Shown piece after piece: positions 1-11,506 of a stretch of 64,000 nt of DNA (position 1 is its first letter; each line of letters starts with the position of its first letter). A model generated the notes under the pieces. The model did no database searches. It had not been told where the DNA came from and saw only the letters and a list, made by a program, of their open reading frames with translations. The position numbers and the translations under genes were made by a program. This DNA is from Perkinsus chesapeaki ATCC PRA-425 (Eukaryota > Protista > Perkinsozoa), in the NCBI GenBank assembly GCA_013115145.1, contig JAAPAO010000017.1, forward strand, positions 62,001 through 126,000, in the 5' to 3' direction.

Positions 1-430
1 AGCTCTCCTCGACCGCCTTCGTCCCTCGCCGAGCCTCCAGCGTATCTACAGGCTCCTCCGCGTCAACCTCTTCAACAGGCGGCCTGGACTTCCGTCTCTG
101 ACTCCTCTTCCGTTCCTTGACGGGCTCTGCCACCTCCTCCAGGCGCCGCGAGGACCGCCGTGCGCTTTTACGTCGCAGCTTGCTTTTTCGTGCCGCACTG
201 TGGGTCTGTCTCTCCTCGTCCTCTTCCCGTTCCAGGAGCCCGGCTCTCCCGAAGTCCGCGTCTGAATCCACAGAAACATCGGCAACCTTCTCCGGCCGCA
301 TCTGCGGTGGCGCTTCAACCCTCGCCGCCGCCGCCGGTTGCTCTGCAGTGGCAGCACGTCGGGCATTTTCCGCGAACAACGAGTGTGCCTGGCGAGTACA
401 GGGATGCAGTCCGGTAGAGCCGCGTGGCAT
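1..430 (-). CDS. Hypothetical charged low-complexity protein, partial (runs off the window start; may have upstream exons to ~700)
   Basis: Stop-free minus frame from ATG at 430 to the window edge (MPRGSTGLHPCTRQ...EEDEERQTHSAARKSKLRRKSARRSSRR...); R/K/E-rich with no recognisable domain. Confidence 0.5.
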   Translation of the reverse strand, partial: MPRGSTGLHPCTRQAHSLFAENARRAATAEQPAAAARVEAPPQMRPEKVADVSVDSDADFGRAGLLEREEDEERQTHSAARKSKLRRKSARRSSRRLEEVAEPVKERKRSQRRKSRPPVEEVDAEEPVDTLEARRGTKAVEES

Positions 431-856
431 GTGATAACCTACCATCTCGAGGATCCTATTAGATGACATAATATAAAGATCCAATTTATCTACAACTCGT
501 TCGAGCCTAAAGGACACTCATACTTCTATGGGACATCAGCTCGCTACCTGTCACAAAGACGATCCAGTCGGAGGTCTGTCAAGGATGCGACCGAATGCGG
601 CATCGCCCCTGCATGCACATTCGGCATGCGATAAGCGCTGCTATAGGGGTCATTTCTATCGTTGGTGACCATGTCCAAAGGGACCAGTAGCTACTCTGGT
701 TAGGGTAATTGACAACACAACAGTCTATCCTACATCACCAAGATCAATTGAATGCTGCACGTGCTCTTCATGGCCAACTTCCCCTGCCGTGCCCGATACT
801 GCACGGTGGTAGTCACGGCCTGCTAAGGCTCTGCGTCGATACAGTACTGGGAGCAG

Positions 857-3800
857 TCATCCAATTGGCGCATCACTAGTTCCGAAGAAGGTGCCAACCT
901 CAACGATGTCACCGAGGGAATCTACGGCAGCCCACCAAGAATGCTTCTCAGGTCTTGCCAAAGGCCGATAAGGCAGCACTGCTGCCACCACACCATTCAC
1001 CTTCACCACAACAGCGTTGCCTTCGGTGGAGGCCCTCATCTCTAGGACGTCACGCTCCTTGATGAACTGGGAGTCATCACCAGCAACCTCGCCAGTAGGA
1101 TTCCCATAGAGTCGGTGAACCACAAGCATGCCGAGGCTGTCCAGCTCATCGATGCTGGGTGCACCGGAAAGGCCATCATTGATCATACCGATCCCCTGGT
1201 CAGCTTGTAGCAATCCTACGGCGATTCCCCACGGTCTGGTGGGGTCCGAGACCGCATTGATGAGAACAGTAAAGCCACTACGGACGTCGATGGGGGAAGC
1301 GGAAATGCAGACCCCCTCAAGGCCTGTACCAGGCAGCTCGCTAGGGTGACCAGCACCGACAGTCTTAGGACCACCATGGACGAAGCTGACCAGGGGTAGA
1401 GGCGGGCGCCCAAATACTGAGCACTGAATAGTGGCCGAGGCATCCATGAGGTCCAGAATGCCCCACATGGAGCCGACTTCGGACGGCATGGCAGCATCAG
1501 AAAGCACCACTGCCTCAGCATTGACTTCCACCTGGAACCTGAAGAGCAACAATACCAACGATCTCCGCATCACATGCCAGATTACCTGCCCTCTTCAGTG
1601 AGGGTAACTCCGAGGACATCTCCTGGACGCAGCTTGCTAGGGTGGTAGTCACTATGGCAATCCACAAAAGCAGCTCCATTGAAGAGTTGACCATCATAGC
1701 CACACACAGCAACAACGCCTTCAACCTCATCAGCCGTTTCACAGCCCACCGTAACCGGTCTCGATCTACCAGCGGCCAGACCTATAGTGAGACCCGCGGA
1801 AGAGCCGCTACGTGAGCTGGTGCATTCACCGACATAGACCTCCAAGCCCCACGTGCCATCCGACCGCAAAGCGAGCGGGATAGGCACTACCGCAGGGCCA
1901 TGGGATGGGTTAGAAATGTCCGTCATGGCGATGCGGCCGCCCTCCAGAGGGACTAGCCTCTCAGATAGACTGCTCAGTCCGATATTTTCGGGGCAGGCTA
2001 CAGATATCGACTGAATCCGTCTGCACTGATGCCACAGTTCCACAGTGGCTCTGAGCTCCTCCTCCTCCTGCTGCTGGTGGTGATCCATGTAGGCTAGGAG
2101 ACGGCATACCAATACCTCGCCGGCATTGAGGGCCACATCACTACAGAGGACTGACTCAGGTGATTCATCATCATCAGGGGAGAAACTAATCATCATCTGG
2201 CCTGATCCCGATGAGTCTTTGAAAATCTCAACTGCAATGAGACAGGCATCCGCAGGAGGATGGCCGGTGTCCAAGCCAAGCGGTGCTGTGGCTAGGGCTG
2301 ATACCTCCTCAGACTGATCCAGCAACCTGTGGTTTGAATCTGCCGACTCGGTGTAATCCGATCGAAGATGGGCAGATGCGGCAGAGGAAGGCATATCACT
2401 TCCGGCGTCCTTTAGCGAACTACTCATCTCTGAGTTGTGGCTTTCAGATTCACTTCCAGGATCCGACTGATACTCTGGCCCATCAGACTCGGGCTCCCTT
2501 TTGTCACTGGTGCCTAGATTCCGTCGTCCAATCACTAATTGCATTTGAGCCCAGCCCTGAGCGAGGAACGCTGCCACCCCACCAGGTTCATCACCACCAT
2601 GAAACGGTTCCGTAAAACTGCTACGTTCTGAGATCTCCTGACTTGTCATCACTACACTCCCGCTGGATCCAGTTGCAGACCGAGGTTGTGCCGAAAGAGA
2701 ATCTTCGTCAGATGTAGGGGAGGCAGCGGCGCCATGCGCCCAATCTTCAGGATCGGATACGTCTGATCCAGAAGTATCGGAGATATCTTCAACATTATTA
2801 GCTGCGATGGCTCGATGGGTGGGTTCAGCTATCTTCGACTTCTGCCAAGACCCTTGGTTACTAACCGAGCCTATCTCCTCCTTGTGGCTTTGGTTACTAA
2901 CCGAGCCTATCTCCTCCTTGTGGCTTNNNNNNNNNNNNNNNNNNNNNNNNNNNNNNNNNNNNNNNNNNNNNNNNNNNNNNNNNNNNNNNNNNNNNNNNNN
3001 NNNNNNNNNNNNNNNNNNNNNNNNNATTGTGGCTTTGGTTACTAACCGAGCCTATCTCCTCCTTGTGGCTTTGGTTACTAACCGAGCCTATCTCCTCCTT
3101 GTGGCTTTGGCTACTAACCGAGCTCAGCTGCTCCTTTATAGAAGGTGAGCCAATAGACTGCATGCTCATTAGTCGTGAGCCCATCTCCTTCGGTGTGCCT
3201 TCGTTTAAAGACGTTCCACTCCAGTGACCCCTCCGATTGGCTACCCCTCCCTCTTCCACTGTCTGTCCAGCTGCTCCCCAACTGGTAGGCGCCGAGCTTC
3301 GTGGAGAACCCTTCTGTGGATTAGTTGCATCGACAATAACCATAGAAGGCGCATCCATCACTCCCGCTAAGCTCATCTTCACATCAACCAGTAGACCACC
3401 GTGCGTTTCCTCACCACTGTGTAGCAGGTCACTTCCAACCAGGTCATCACAGTAATTCGACTCAGCATCATGTCCGCGGCTCTCAGTGCCCTCATCGCCC
3501 ACGCCCGACTCTTCATGTATAGTCTCCACCTCGACCATCCCATGACCCAGTTCACTGTCCTCGTCACCATCACTGCCAAATGACTCTGCTAAGCTGTCAT
3601 CGACGCCGATCAACTCAGCTGCGAGCTGATCCGCTTCTTCCATTGGGGATTCTGTCGCCGTCAGACTGCTGCTAGTTGGTGATACCGACAGCAGTTGCCC
3701 TTCATCACTAGGTAAAGCCACCTCGACTACAGCACCTACACGTGACGGTCGGCTGAGAGCCTCCAGCAAGGCAGCTGAAACCCGTGCCATGGGCGAGCCG

Positions 3801-6165
3801 TTGCCGGTCTCACTGATAGCATCAGACCCGCGCCGAAGATCTCCCGATTCTTCACTGTCCGTGGCTACTGCAGCCATGCCTAGGCTGTCCGTGGCTACTG
3901 CAGCAACCGCCATGGTTTTCGGCCCTTCCACAGAGAGCGCGCGGTCACTGAAGCCCGCACCACCTAACATCTGCCCATCGCCGCTTTGGGATGAGACAGA
4001 GTCCTCCTCCTCCCCCTCTGACCCCGATAGCTCATCATCGCCATGGACACCTGACACATCACTCTCTCGATCAGATGTACTCATCGCAGGGGTGATAGGC
4101 AGCAGGCCAGTAACCTGCTCTGGGTTCTGGTCAGCAGCCGACTCATCCGAGGTCATCTCCCAGCTACTACCAGACGCCCCGTCAACCGAGTCATGAGATG
4201 ACTGGCTCTCTTCGACAGGTGGCTCCTCCTCCTCCTCCACGTCCTTACCTTCTTCATCTTCTTCAAACCGTACCTTCTTAACCGTGGCACTGCTGCCGTG
4301 GTCCTCTACCACACTTGGTCCCTGGTCGACATCCTCATCAATAACCCTCACATCTGTTCCACCGTGGCCGTTCACTACTCTAACCTCAACTACGACCCTT
4401 CTCTCTGACATGGGAGCCCGGCTGACACTACCACTGCCGACTTGATGGACTAGGCTCAAAAGCGCCTCCGAGTGTTGCTTTTGGACATCGATGACAGGCT
4501 TGAGGGCTTCCTGTAGGATAGTCAACGTGGGTGGCTCCTCCACAAGGGCTTCCTTGGCTTTAACTCGCTCGAGGGACGATCTCGTCGAATCAGCGGTGAG
4601 GTTGTCAACAGTGGTGACAGGCTGGGTGACAGAGCCGACGGCAGGCAGGGGAGGTCTGGTGATAATAGACACTGCATCACAGGTGCCCAATAGGTCCACT
4701 ACCGGCCAAAGCTTCTCATCTGCCGCTAGACTTGGCATCTGTGATGCCACTGCCATCTGCTGCCCATCAACATACAGGATAACCTTCATCGATCCTTCCC
4801 GCACCAGCAGACCTATTACCTGGCCTGCACGCAAGTCAGTCGGCCTCCACCCTGTCTGCTCGTACTCACCGATACTCGTGTCGAAGGACTGCCCATTGAA
4901 GCCCATCAACATGGCAGGCTGGGCCATCTCAGCAGCCAGCATCGGTGGCCTGGCCAACTGCTGCCTAAGTCTGACCACCCCCACCGTGAGCCCATCCAGG
5001 AACCTAGACTGGTCCACCATACGTTTAACCCTTAAAGCATAGTACCACCCCAGGCCTGGTATTCTCACCAATGGACCATCTCCCATTACTACTCTATGAT
5101 AGGGCTCATTGTGGTCGATGACAGAGGCCAGCTTACCGTCACTGGACAGCACTATATTCCGCCCGACCCTACTCCATGTCCCAAAGCATCTAGGCTTGCC
5201 AGGAGCCACTGAGTTATCGCTAGGAGGAGGAGGCAGCGAAGGGAACGGCAATAGTGACACTGCTTCGACCGAACCGCCGAGGTCGGCGTAAACGAATACA
5301 GCTCTGTCCAGCACCGGCAGCCGTGGGACCCTGCGTCTCGGAGGGCGACCAACTGACACGCTGTTGATGTAGACGGACAGGTAGCTGCCACCAGTGGCGT
5401 CATCAGGAGCGACCAAGAGACCAAGCCTGTCACCTACTGCTGGGGACCATGGCCCTTCCATATTGACCTCATCACCCTCCTCGACAGTCCATGCAACCGA
5501 ATCCTCCATCACCATAGCACCATCCGATGGCTTCCTCAGTAGCATGTCCGGGCTGCATAAGGTATACCCTATCCGAAACCGACTACCAGATGGTCGCTGC
5601 TCTGTCGAAGGCCTTAACCTCTTAACGCAGACCTCAAAGTACACCACAGCACCACCACGAACAGAGCATCTACCATTCCCATAAACTATTGTCCCATATG
5701 GGCAAGTTGCCAAAGCTATCTGGCCGCACTCTGACACTTCCACATTATGGCCCACAGCCTCCCTAGACCACGCTACTAGCTCAGACACCACAGCTCTCTC
5801 TTTAGCGTTGTACTTGCCGGAGCGATAGGCTAGAGCATCTAATCTACGTACTTCATCTTTTAGCCTAGCTTGTGTGCTTTCTATAAACGATAGTTTCTCT
5901 CGCATGCCGAGAGGCCTAAGCCAAATCCATCCAAGCCACCACCCACTCTCCCCCTGTACTACTACTCTGGCCGCTCTATACAATCCTGCTCCATACTTTC
6001 CGCTAACTCAGATGGCTCCAAATGTGACCATTCTGGCGCCCTCTTCTTCCTCGCCTTCGCCACTGCTGCCGATCCCCTGCCTAGCTGCCTCAATACATCA
6101 TCATAAGCGCCTCTAAGAGCCTCCATGTCCCCTTCCGTAAACATGTGGTATTTACTGATCGCCAT
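857..6165 (-). CDS. Large neuralized-homology-repeat (NHR)/SPRY-like protein, about 1700 aa, four beta-sandwich-like domains and an acidic linker
   Basis: ORFs 5962-6165, 2897-5983, 1582-2652 and 857-1573 join in frame through GT-AG introns 5916-5965 (50 nt) and 1539-1585 (47 nt), with the repeat-unit frame resuming across the N-gap. NHR-like motifs include GRNIVLSSDGKLA..GWYYALRV..DGLTVGV, GDRLGLLV..YING, GDVLGV and WPVVDLLG. Confidence 0.7.
2854..3124. repeat. 36-bp coding tandem repeat (SNQSHKEEIGSV on the minus strand) interrupted by an assembly gap
   Basis: Unit ttggttactaaccgagcctatctcctccttgtggct occurs on both sides of the N run; true copy number is unknown. Confidence 0.9.
2927..3026. 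other. Scaffold gap (100 N)
   Basis: Run of exactly 100 N inside the tandem repeat. Confidence 0.99.
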
Positions 6166-6463
6166 ACTTGGGCGGGAGGAGGAAGGCCTTCATCCAACAA
6201 CAACTACTCTACACTTCTATACCTTCCACAAATCTATCTTAAACCGTAAAAGGACACAAATTTTGAGTTACAGTTCCAACTTCCCTACCAAACAGTTCCC
6301 CAAGAACTTACTCTGTATTACAATGGAAAATTTGCTCGGAAGATAACGCCACGCTCGCCATATAACGCAAGTTCTAAATCACGGTTGATGAAACTGTCAG
6401 AAGTAGTACCAAGAATACATTCATAAAGCGTCAGAAAAACAACAACAAGGAAGATGAGGAGGC

Positions 6464-7716
6464 TTACAGCTGCCACTGGAACTGAATGGTGAAACCGTCG
6501 CCATTGGACTCATACCGACGAGTGAAGTGACCATCGGAAAATGTCGAGGACTCGGAGTGGTCACCGCCGTCGTCATTACTGGCAGAGCACAGGTCATGGG
6601 ATGTCATCTTAGCTCGACAGATCGGACAGGTCGGGGCACGCCTCAGCCATCTACGCCCACATTCTTCATGAAGATAGTGTCCACAGCTCATCTTGTAACT
6701 GATAAGTGATGACCTAGACTGACTCAATGCCCGCGTACAATAGTTGCCATTCGATACCGCTAAGATGCATGCACCTTATCTAATACGCTTTATGTTGGTC
6801 CACAGACTGGGCATATCGACCAACCGACGTCCTCATTGTTTATTATTGCTTCGCCTCTACCGTATTCCCCTCAGTATTACCATTTATCTCCTATATTATA
6901 TTCCTCCATGCATATGGCACATGCCTCCCCCACTATACCATCCCCATCCTCCAGCTCAACAGCTGATACCCCCTCCAAGGACTCTGGAGTCCCTAAAACG
7001 ATATATGCTCTTTCACATAACGCACATTTGCAAGCTCGAAATCCCTTCCCAAACCAAGTCGGGTAAATCGCTATTCTGGGTTCCCGATGTCGCGCAGGAA
7101 GCCACTTAGATTTCCCACTTGAAACGCGATACCAATAAGGCCCATGTTACCATCATTAGTGTCCCACAGATGTGCCGCCTTCTCCTCTCCAAGCACCTCT
7201 ACCAGAAGGGCATTGATCCTCTCATCCAGAGCATCTGGATCCTGTCGCAATGAGGATGGTATTCCTGCCGTTGCCGAAGATATCCTTTCCGCCTAAAACC
7301 GACCTTATCAAGCTCTAAAACCACTATTACAATTCCTCCCATGAAAGGGACCCATGACAGGTAGTGGCTGGCGAAGTAGTTAACCCTATCAGCAACACCC
7401 AGGGCGGCTTGGACGGCCTCGGGGTACCTGTCACCACCGATCAGCAGCGATGGTGACCAGCGGTGGGGTACTACGTCCGAACCATTATCTGTGTTATTCG
7501 AGCGAGAGCTGTTGCCTCCTCAGGATTAGTCTCCGCGAAGCCTATATAGTAAGGAATGGGCACTTCTATCATATACTGTATGTTACCAGCAAATCTCTGG
7601 GCTATGGTGCTGAATAGGCCATCTGGATTGGTACTGGACTCGGGTGAGGTTACAGGCTCATCTGGACTAGTAGAGGAGGAACTACTCACTTCCTCTATAT
7701 TAACCATTATAAGCAA
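6464..7716 (-). CDS. RING-H2 zinc-finger protein, probable E3 ubiquitin ligase (multi-exon)
   Basis: An exon encodes EACAICMEEYNIGDK and the last exon encodes KMSCGHYLHEECGRRWLRRAPTCPICR, giving a C3H2C3 RING-H2 pattern. The N-terminal exon is 7471-7716. Confidence 0.8.
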
Positions 7717-8997
7717 ACTTCAAAGTCGAAGCTAGCCTCTTGCCCGAGGAATCCAAAGGATCATGCGCAGAAACTAAAAATTGGTGAACGTGAGTCGCTT
7801 CGCTCCGCTTTTAAAATGTAAAACGCGCGCGCCTACACCACAATACCATATTTCTTAGTAAGCTCTTCTTCTCGCGAACATGTAACGATAACTACTGTAA
7901 ATAAAAGCATTACGTTTTTGTTACCTCTACTAGAACATCTGCATGTCAAACCCCTCTGGGACCTCATTTGAAAAGCCCACTACGGGTTACCACTGGTAAC
8001 TTACCAGTATAGAGATTTATCGATCTGCGCAATGTCTCCTATACCATATTTTGAGCGAATTCTCTGTCTTTGACGGTGACGAGTTTTCCGCCGTTTGAAG
8101 AGGCCCCCTTCATTATCCATATTCAGGTATTAATTCCCATGACTAAACGGTCGTCAGGAAAGAGGCGGTCCGCCGAAGACACTTCTCGTGACGGTGGCTC
8201 CTCACCTGAGAAGGTCACTCCAGCCCAGGCCGAGACCAGACAGGCTGTAATTGATAGAAATAACGCATTTGCCGTGGCCGATACCAAAGTCCATGGGGCG
8301 GCCCGACCGACGAGATGTCCTATCAGAAGTGGCGTAGCCGTATAGTGACGGCTTTAAAGTTGCCATGTCTTAAGGAAGGCAAGGCGGGAGTTTACTACGT
8401 GTTGAGGTGCTTGAAGGACCCTGTCTTTGGGGAGGTCTGTCGCATGGCTCTCGATGGTCTCACCACCGAGCAGATCATCGATAGGCTGGATAAGCGCTAC
8501 GGTCATAGTGGTGACACCAGGGACTTGCTGAGGGAGTGGTATTTAATAAACCAAGGGGAAGATGAGGAGCCGGCTCATTACGCTACGAGGATCTCGGCGT
8601 TGGTGAAGCTTATTAGGGATGTTGCTGGCATTACTGTAGGCTACAGTAATGCCAGCAACATCCCTGCTGCTAAGCAGCATGGGAAATTCAAGGGAAGTAT
8701 GTAGGGACTTTAATACCAGAATTGAGGGACAAAGTTGAATGGGTATTGGGCCCCAAGCAGTCCAGTCTTGAGGAGGCGTCTGAGGTCGCTCAAAGGCAAT
8801 GGGAGGGTATGGGCAAGACCAAGGATGAGGTCATGGTCGATAGGGATGGCAAAAGCACGGATCCAGTGGACAGGCTCCCTCTGTGTCTGGATCCTTGGGG
8901 ATGATACCCGTACGCCGTCTACTAATGAAGTGCTTTAGCACTCTAAAGGGTGGTGGTCGGGGATGGAGGTGGAACAGGATAAGGGTATGGATTAGAG

Positions 8998-9342
8998 ATG
9001 GAAGGATATAGGGTTCAAACCTTTCACAAGGCTCCTGTGATGGTTGACTCGGGCTCACAAACCACTCTCACTGGGGATCTCTTCTCCCCCCAGACCCTGA
9101 TGGCTTCCCTAGCATTTGCTTCGTGGCCATCAGACTGGGGGCTAGGGATCCAGGTGAGAGGGTTTCTGGACGAGATATTTGGTAATCCTTTTTTTAATAA
9201 CCAGTCCTACCTTGATGTCATTCGTAACGAATGGCATCAAAGGGAAGAATACTATCGTTTGTCCCTTTTAGGGGCATACGAGAATCGGTACTATTCCTTT
9301 AAAGATGCTCCTTCCGATGACTCGTCTATGCCGCCTAACTAA
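8998..9342 (+). CDS. Retropepsin-like (retroviral aspartic protease-like) ORF inside the disrupted gag paralog
   Basis: VMVDSGSQTTL matches the D-S/T-G active-site motif; IFGNPFF resembles the C-terminal hydrophobic-hydrophobic-G motif; 114 aa is retropepsin-sized. Confidence 0.4.
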   Translation: MEGYRVQTFHKAPVMVDSGSQTTLTGDLFSPQTLMASLAFASWPSDWGLGIQVRGFLDEIFGNPFFNNQSYLDVIRNEWHQREEYYRLSLLGAYENRYYSFKDAPSDDSSMPPN

Positions 9343-9346
9343 ATCT

Positions 9347-9486
9347 TCATCATCATCATCATCATCATTGTTACTGTACTTGTCATCACCATCATCATCA
9401 TCATCATCATCATTGTTACTGTACTTGTCATCACCATCATCATCATCATTGTTACTGTACTTGTCATCATCACCATCATCATCATC
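9347..9486. repeat. Compound (TCA)n microsatellite/minisatellite, three units
   Basis: (tca)n-ttgttactgtacttg-tcatcacca repeated three times. Confidence 0.9.
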
Positions 9487-10246
9487 TATGTGGGGATCCT
9501 GGAACGGTGCTGCTGCTGGTGGGCTATCATATTCATTATTTAAATTTAAAGTAATGGATACTGTTAAGTTATCTGGGCTTAGTGATAGGGAGGCCAGAAG
9601 GTACCTGTTGCGGTGCTTGAAGGGGCCAATTAGGCAGCAACAGGTTAAAAAGTGGGTTAAAGGAGGGCTACCATTCAGCACTATAATGGCCTGCTTGGAC
9701 AAGCAGTTCCTTCGGGAACGTAGAGGCTTTGGGGTTTTTGATGAGTGGAGGGAAATTCACCAGGAGGAAGGGGAGAGCCCTGAGCACTTTATCCCGGATA
9801 TATATCTTTATCCCCTTATTTATTTAAGGGGAGGATATCGGCCTATGTCAGGGCGATTAAACAGGAACTTCACTTTGAGATACAGCCACCGGAGCAGGGC
9901 TTCCGGTTCCTGGAGGGGTTCGTCCGACCGATACGCTTCAAGCTTTCGCTGGACTTCATGAGAACTACTAACCCGACGATAGACGTTATTATGCCCAAGG
10001 CGTCGTATTATTGGAATTTGGAGAGGAGGAGGGAGATTGACCCCACCAGGATGCCCTGCAACTTTTATGCCGACGAGCACAAGTGTCGGTTTGGAGTTAA
10101 CTGTCGGTTTAGGCACATCGACAGTATCTGGTGATCATTGCTGACACACCGGAATAAGATTGTATCAACCCTTTTCGCGCTCATGTGGTTGGTGGTTGTT
10201 ATTGCGATGCTGAGTTAGCCAAGTGGCAGGTGTTGTTTCTTTGGCC

Positions 10247-11506
10247 ATGAGCCGCATTCGATTCGACTCGGACGATTGTTCTCCGTGGAGCGCCACGTTG
10301 ATTTTACGGCGAGAGGACATTAAGCCGTGGGGTGGTCCTACAGAGGAGATGTCTTATCAGGAATGGAAAAGCAAAATTGAGTTTGAGGTCAGGGACTCCT
10401 ATGGATTCCGCGGCCAGGAGATTCTCCGCCTCCTTAACTACCTGAAGGATCCTGTCTTCGGAGAGGTCTGTCGGTGGGCTGTTGAGGGCCTCACCATCCA
10501 GGACATATTCCAGCGGTTGGATGAGCGGTATGGGTATAGCGGGGGGCCTCGGGAGGCCTTTGAGAAATGGTCAACATTGAAGCAAAGACCGAAGGAGAGT
10601 CCTTTTACATTTGAGTATAGAGTAAGTTCACAGGCAAGGCTTATTAAAAGGGTTACTGGTAACGAACTGAGCGACGCCGAGATAGGTTACAAATATAGAA
10701 GCGGCCTCCTGCCGAACCTGAAGGAGTACGTGGATTACCATGTGGGGCCAGAATGTGGGAACATAGACGAGATTAGGGAATGGGTTATTAATTACTGGCA
10801 CATTTATCCCGATCAAACGCTTAATAAGTCACCGAGCCATGAAACAAAGGCAGGGGAAGAAGAGCCGGACACGGATACTGTCGAGGCGCTGCCGTTGTGT
10901 GTTGCACCGTGGAGTGGGAGGGATGATGGTATGCCGCATGAGATGTGGAAGATGATAGTGTCGGATACAATCAAGGTGTATGGGCTGAGGCCGTGGGAGG
11001 CCGATCAGTACATCAATCGTTGCCTCACTGGAAGAGCACTGCAGACAGCGAAGTCCTGGGGTGTTTACGGTGCTGATGAGAAGTTTGAGAAGCTGAAGGA
11101 GTGGCATGGCTCCTACCGGCAGTTTGGTGTCCATGAAAAGTGGTATCGAATGGCGGAGCGAGACGGGGAGAGCCCGGATACGTTTTATGGGAGGCTGATG
11201 GCCTATGTTCGAATGTTGAGGCATGAGCTGGGGGAGGACTTGCCGGACAAGGAGGTAGAGTTCAGGTTTAAACAGGGACTGAAGCCGGAAATAAGGGAAG
11301 AGCTCGATGAGTACTTTGCACGCTTTCCGGATGAGAATCCTCAGACTACCGAGAAGATGCTGGAGGTAGCATCGTTTTATTGGGAGCTTGCCAGGGGGAG
11401 AGCTGGCCATCAGGGAGGGAAGCGATGCCGGTTCTATTTCCAGCCTCAGAAGTGCCGGTTTGGGGACAACTGCCGATTCGAGCACCAGAGGAAGATTGGG
11501 GTCTGA
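10247..11506 (+). CDS. Intronless Gag-like protein: two tandem capsid-like domains plus a C-terminal CCCH zinc finger, about 419 aa
   Basis: Two internal repeats each carry an MHR-like motif (LKQRPKESPFTFEYRV; AERDGESPDTFYGRL) and a downstream Y/F..GL.P motif (YRSGLLPNL; FKQGLKPEI). CRFYFQPQKCRFGDNCRFEH fits C-x8-C-x5-C-x3-H. Confidence 0.75.
   Translation: MSRIRFDSDDCSPWSATLILRREDIKPWGGPTEEMSYQEWKSKIEFEVRDSYGFRGQEILRLLNYLKDPVFGEVCRWAVEGLTIQDIFQRLDERYGYSGGPREAFEKWSTLKQRPKESPFTFEYRVSSQARLIKRVTGNELSDAEIGYKYRSGLLPNLKEYVDYHVGPECGNIDEIREWVINYWHIYPDQTLNKSPSHETKAGEEEPDTDTVEALPLCVAPWSGRDDGMPHEMWKMIVSDTIKVYGLRPWEADQYINRCLTGRALQTAKSWGVYGADEKFEKLKEWHGSYRQFGVHEKWYRMAERDGESPDTFYGRLMAYVRMLRHELGEDLPDKEVEFRFKQGLKPEIREELDEYFARFPDENPQTTEKMLEVASFYWELARGRAGHQGGKRCRFYFQPQKCRFGDNCRFEHQRKIGV

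Larger units (their letters stand above)
8139..10134 (+). pseudogene. Disrupted paralog of the tandem Gag-capsid-like/CCCH gene, with inserts
   Basis: Frame-shifted pieces match the intact neighbour: PWGGPTDEMSYQKW, CLKDPVFGEVC, QGEDEEPAHYATRI, LIPELRDKVEWVLGP, LPLCLDPWG; then WNG..KVMDTVKLSGL..YLLRCLKGP, QEEGESPEHF, ISAYVRAIKQEL, ASYYWNL and terminal CNFYADEHKCRFGVNCRFRH. Frameshifts near 8270, 8700 and 9800. Confidence 0.75.

Noticed and set aside
3866-3905. 30-bp duplication (AAVATDS x2) in the NHR-like gene
   Set aside because: Ordinary in-frame slippage in a low-complexity linker.
3789-5684. Several plus-strand ORFs of 60-183 aa
   Set aside because: Antisense to the long NHR-like coding exon.
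9268-9702. Asp-rich minus-strand ORF
   Set aside because: Openness is explained by the TCA microsatellite; the homologous signal is on the plus strand.
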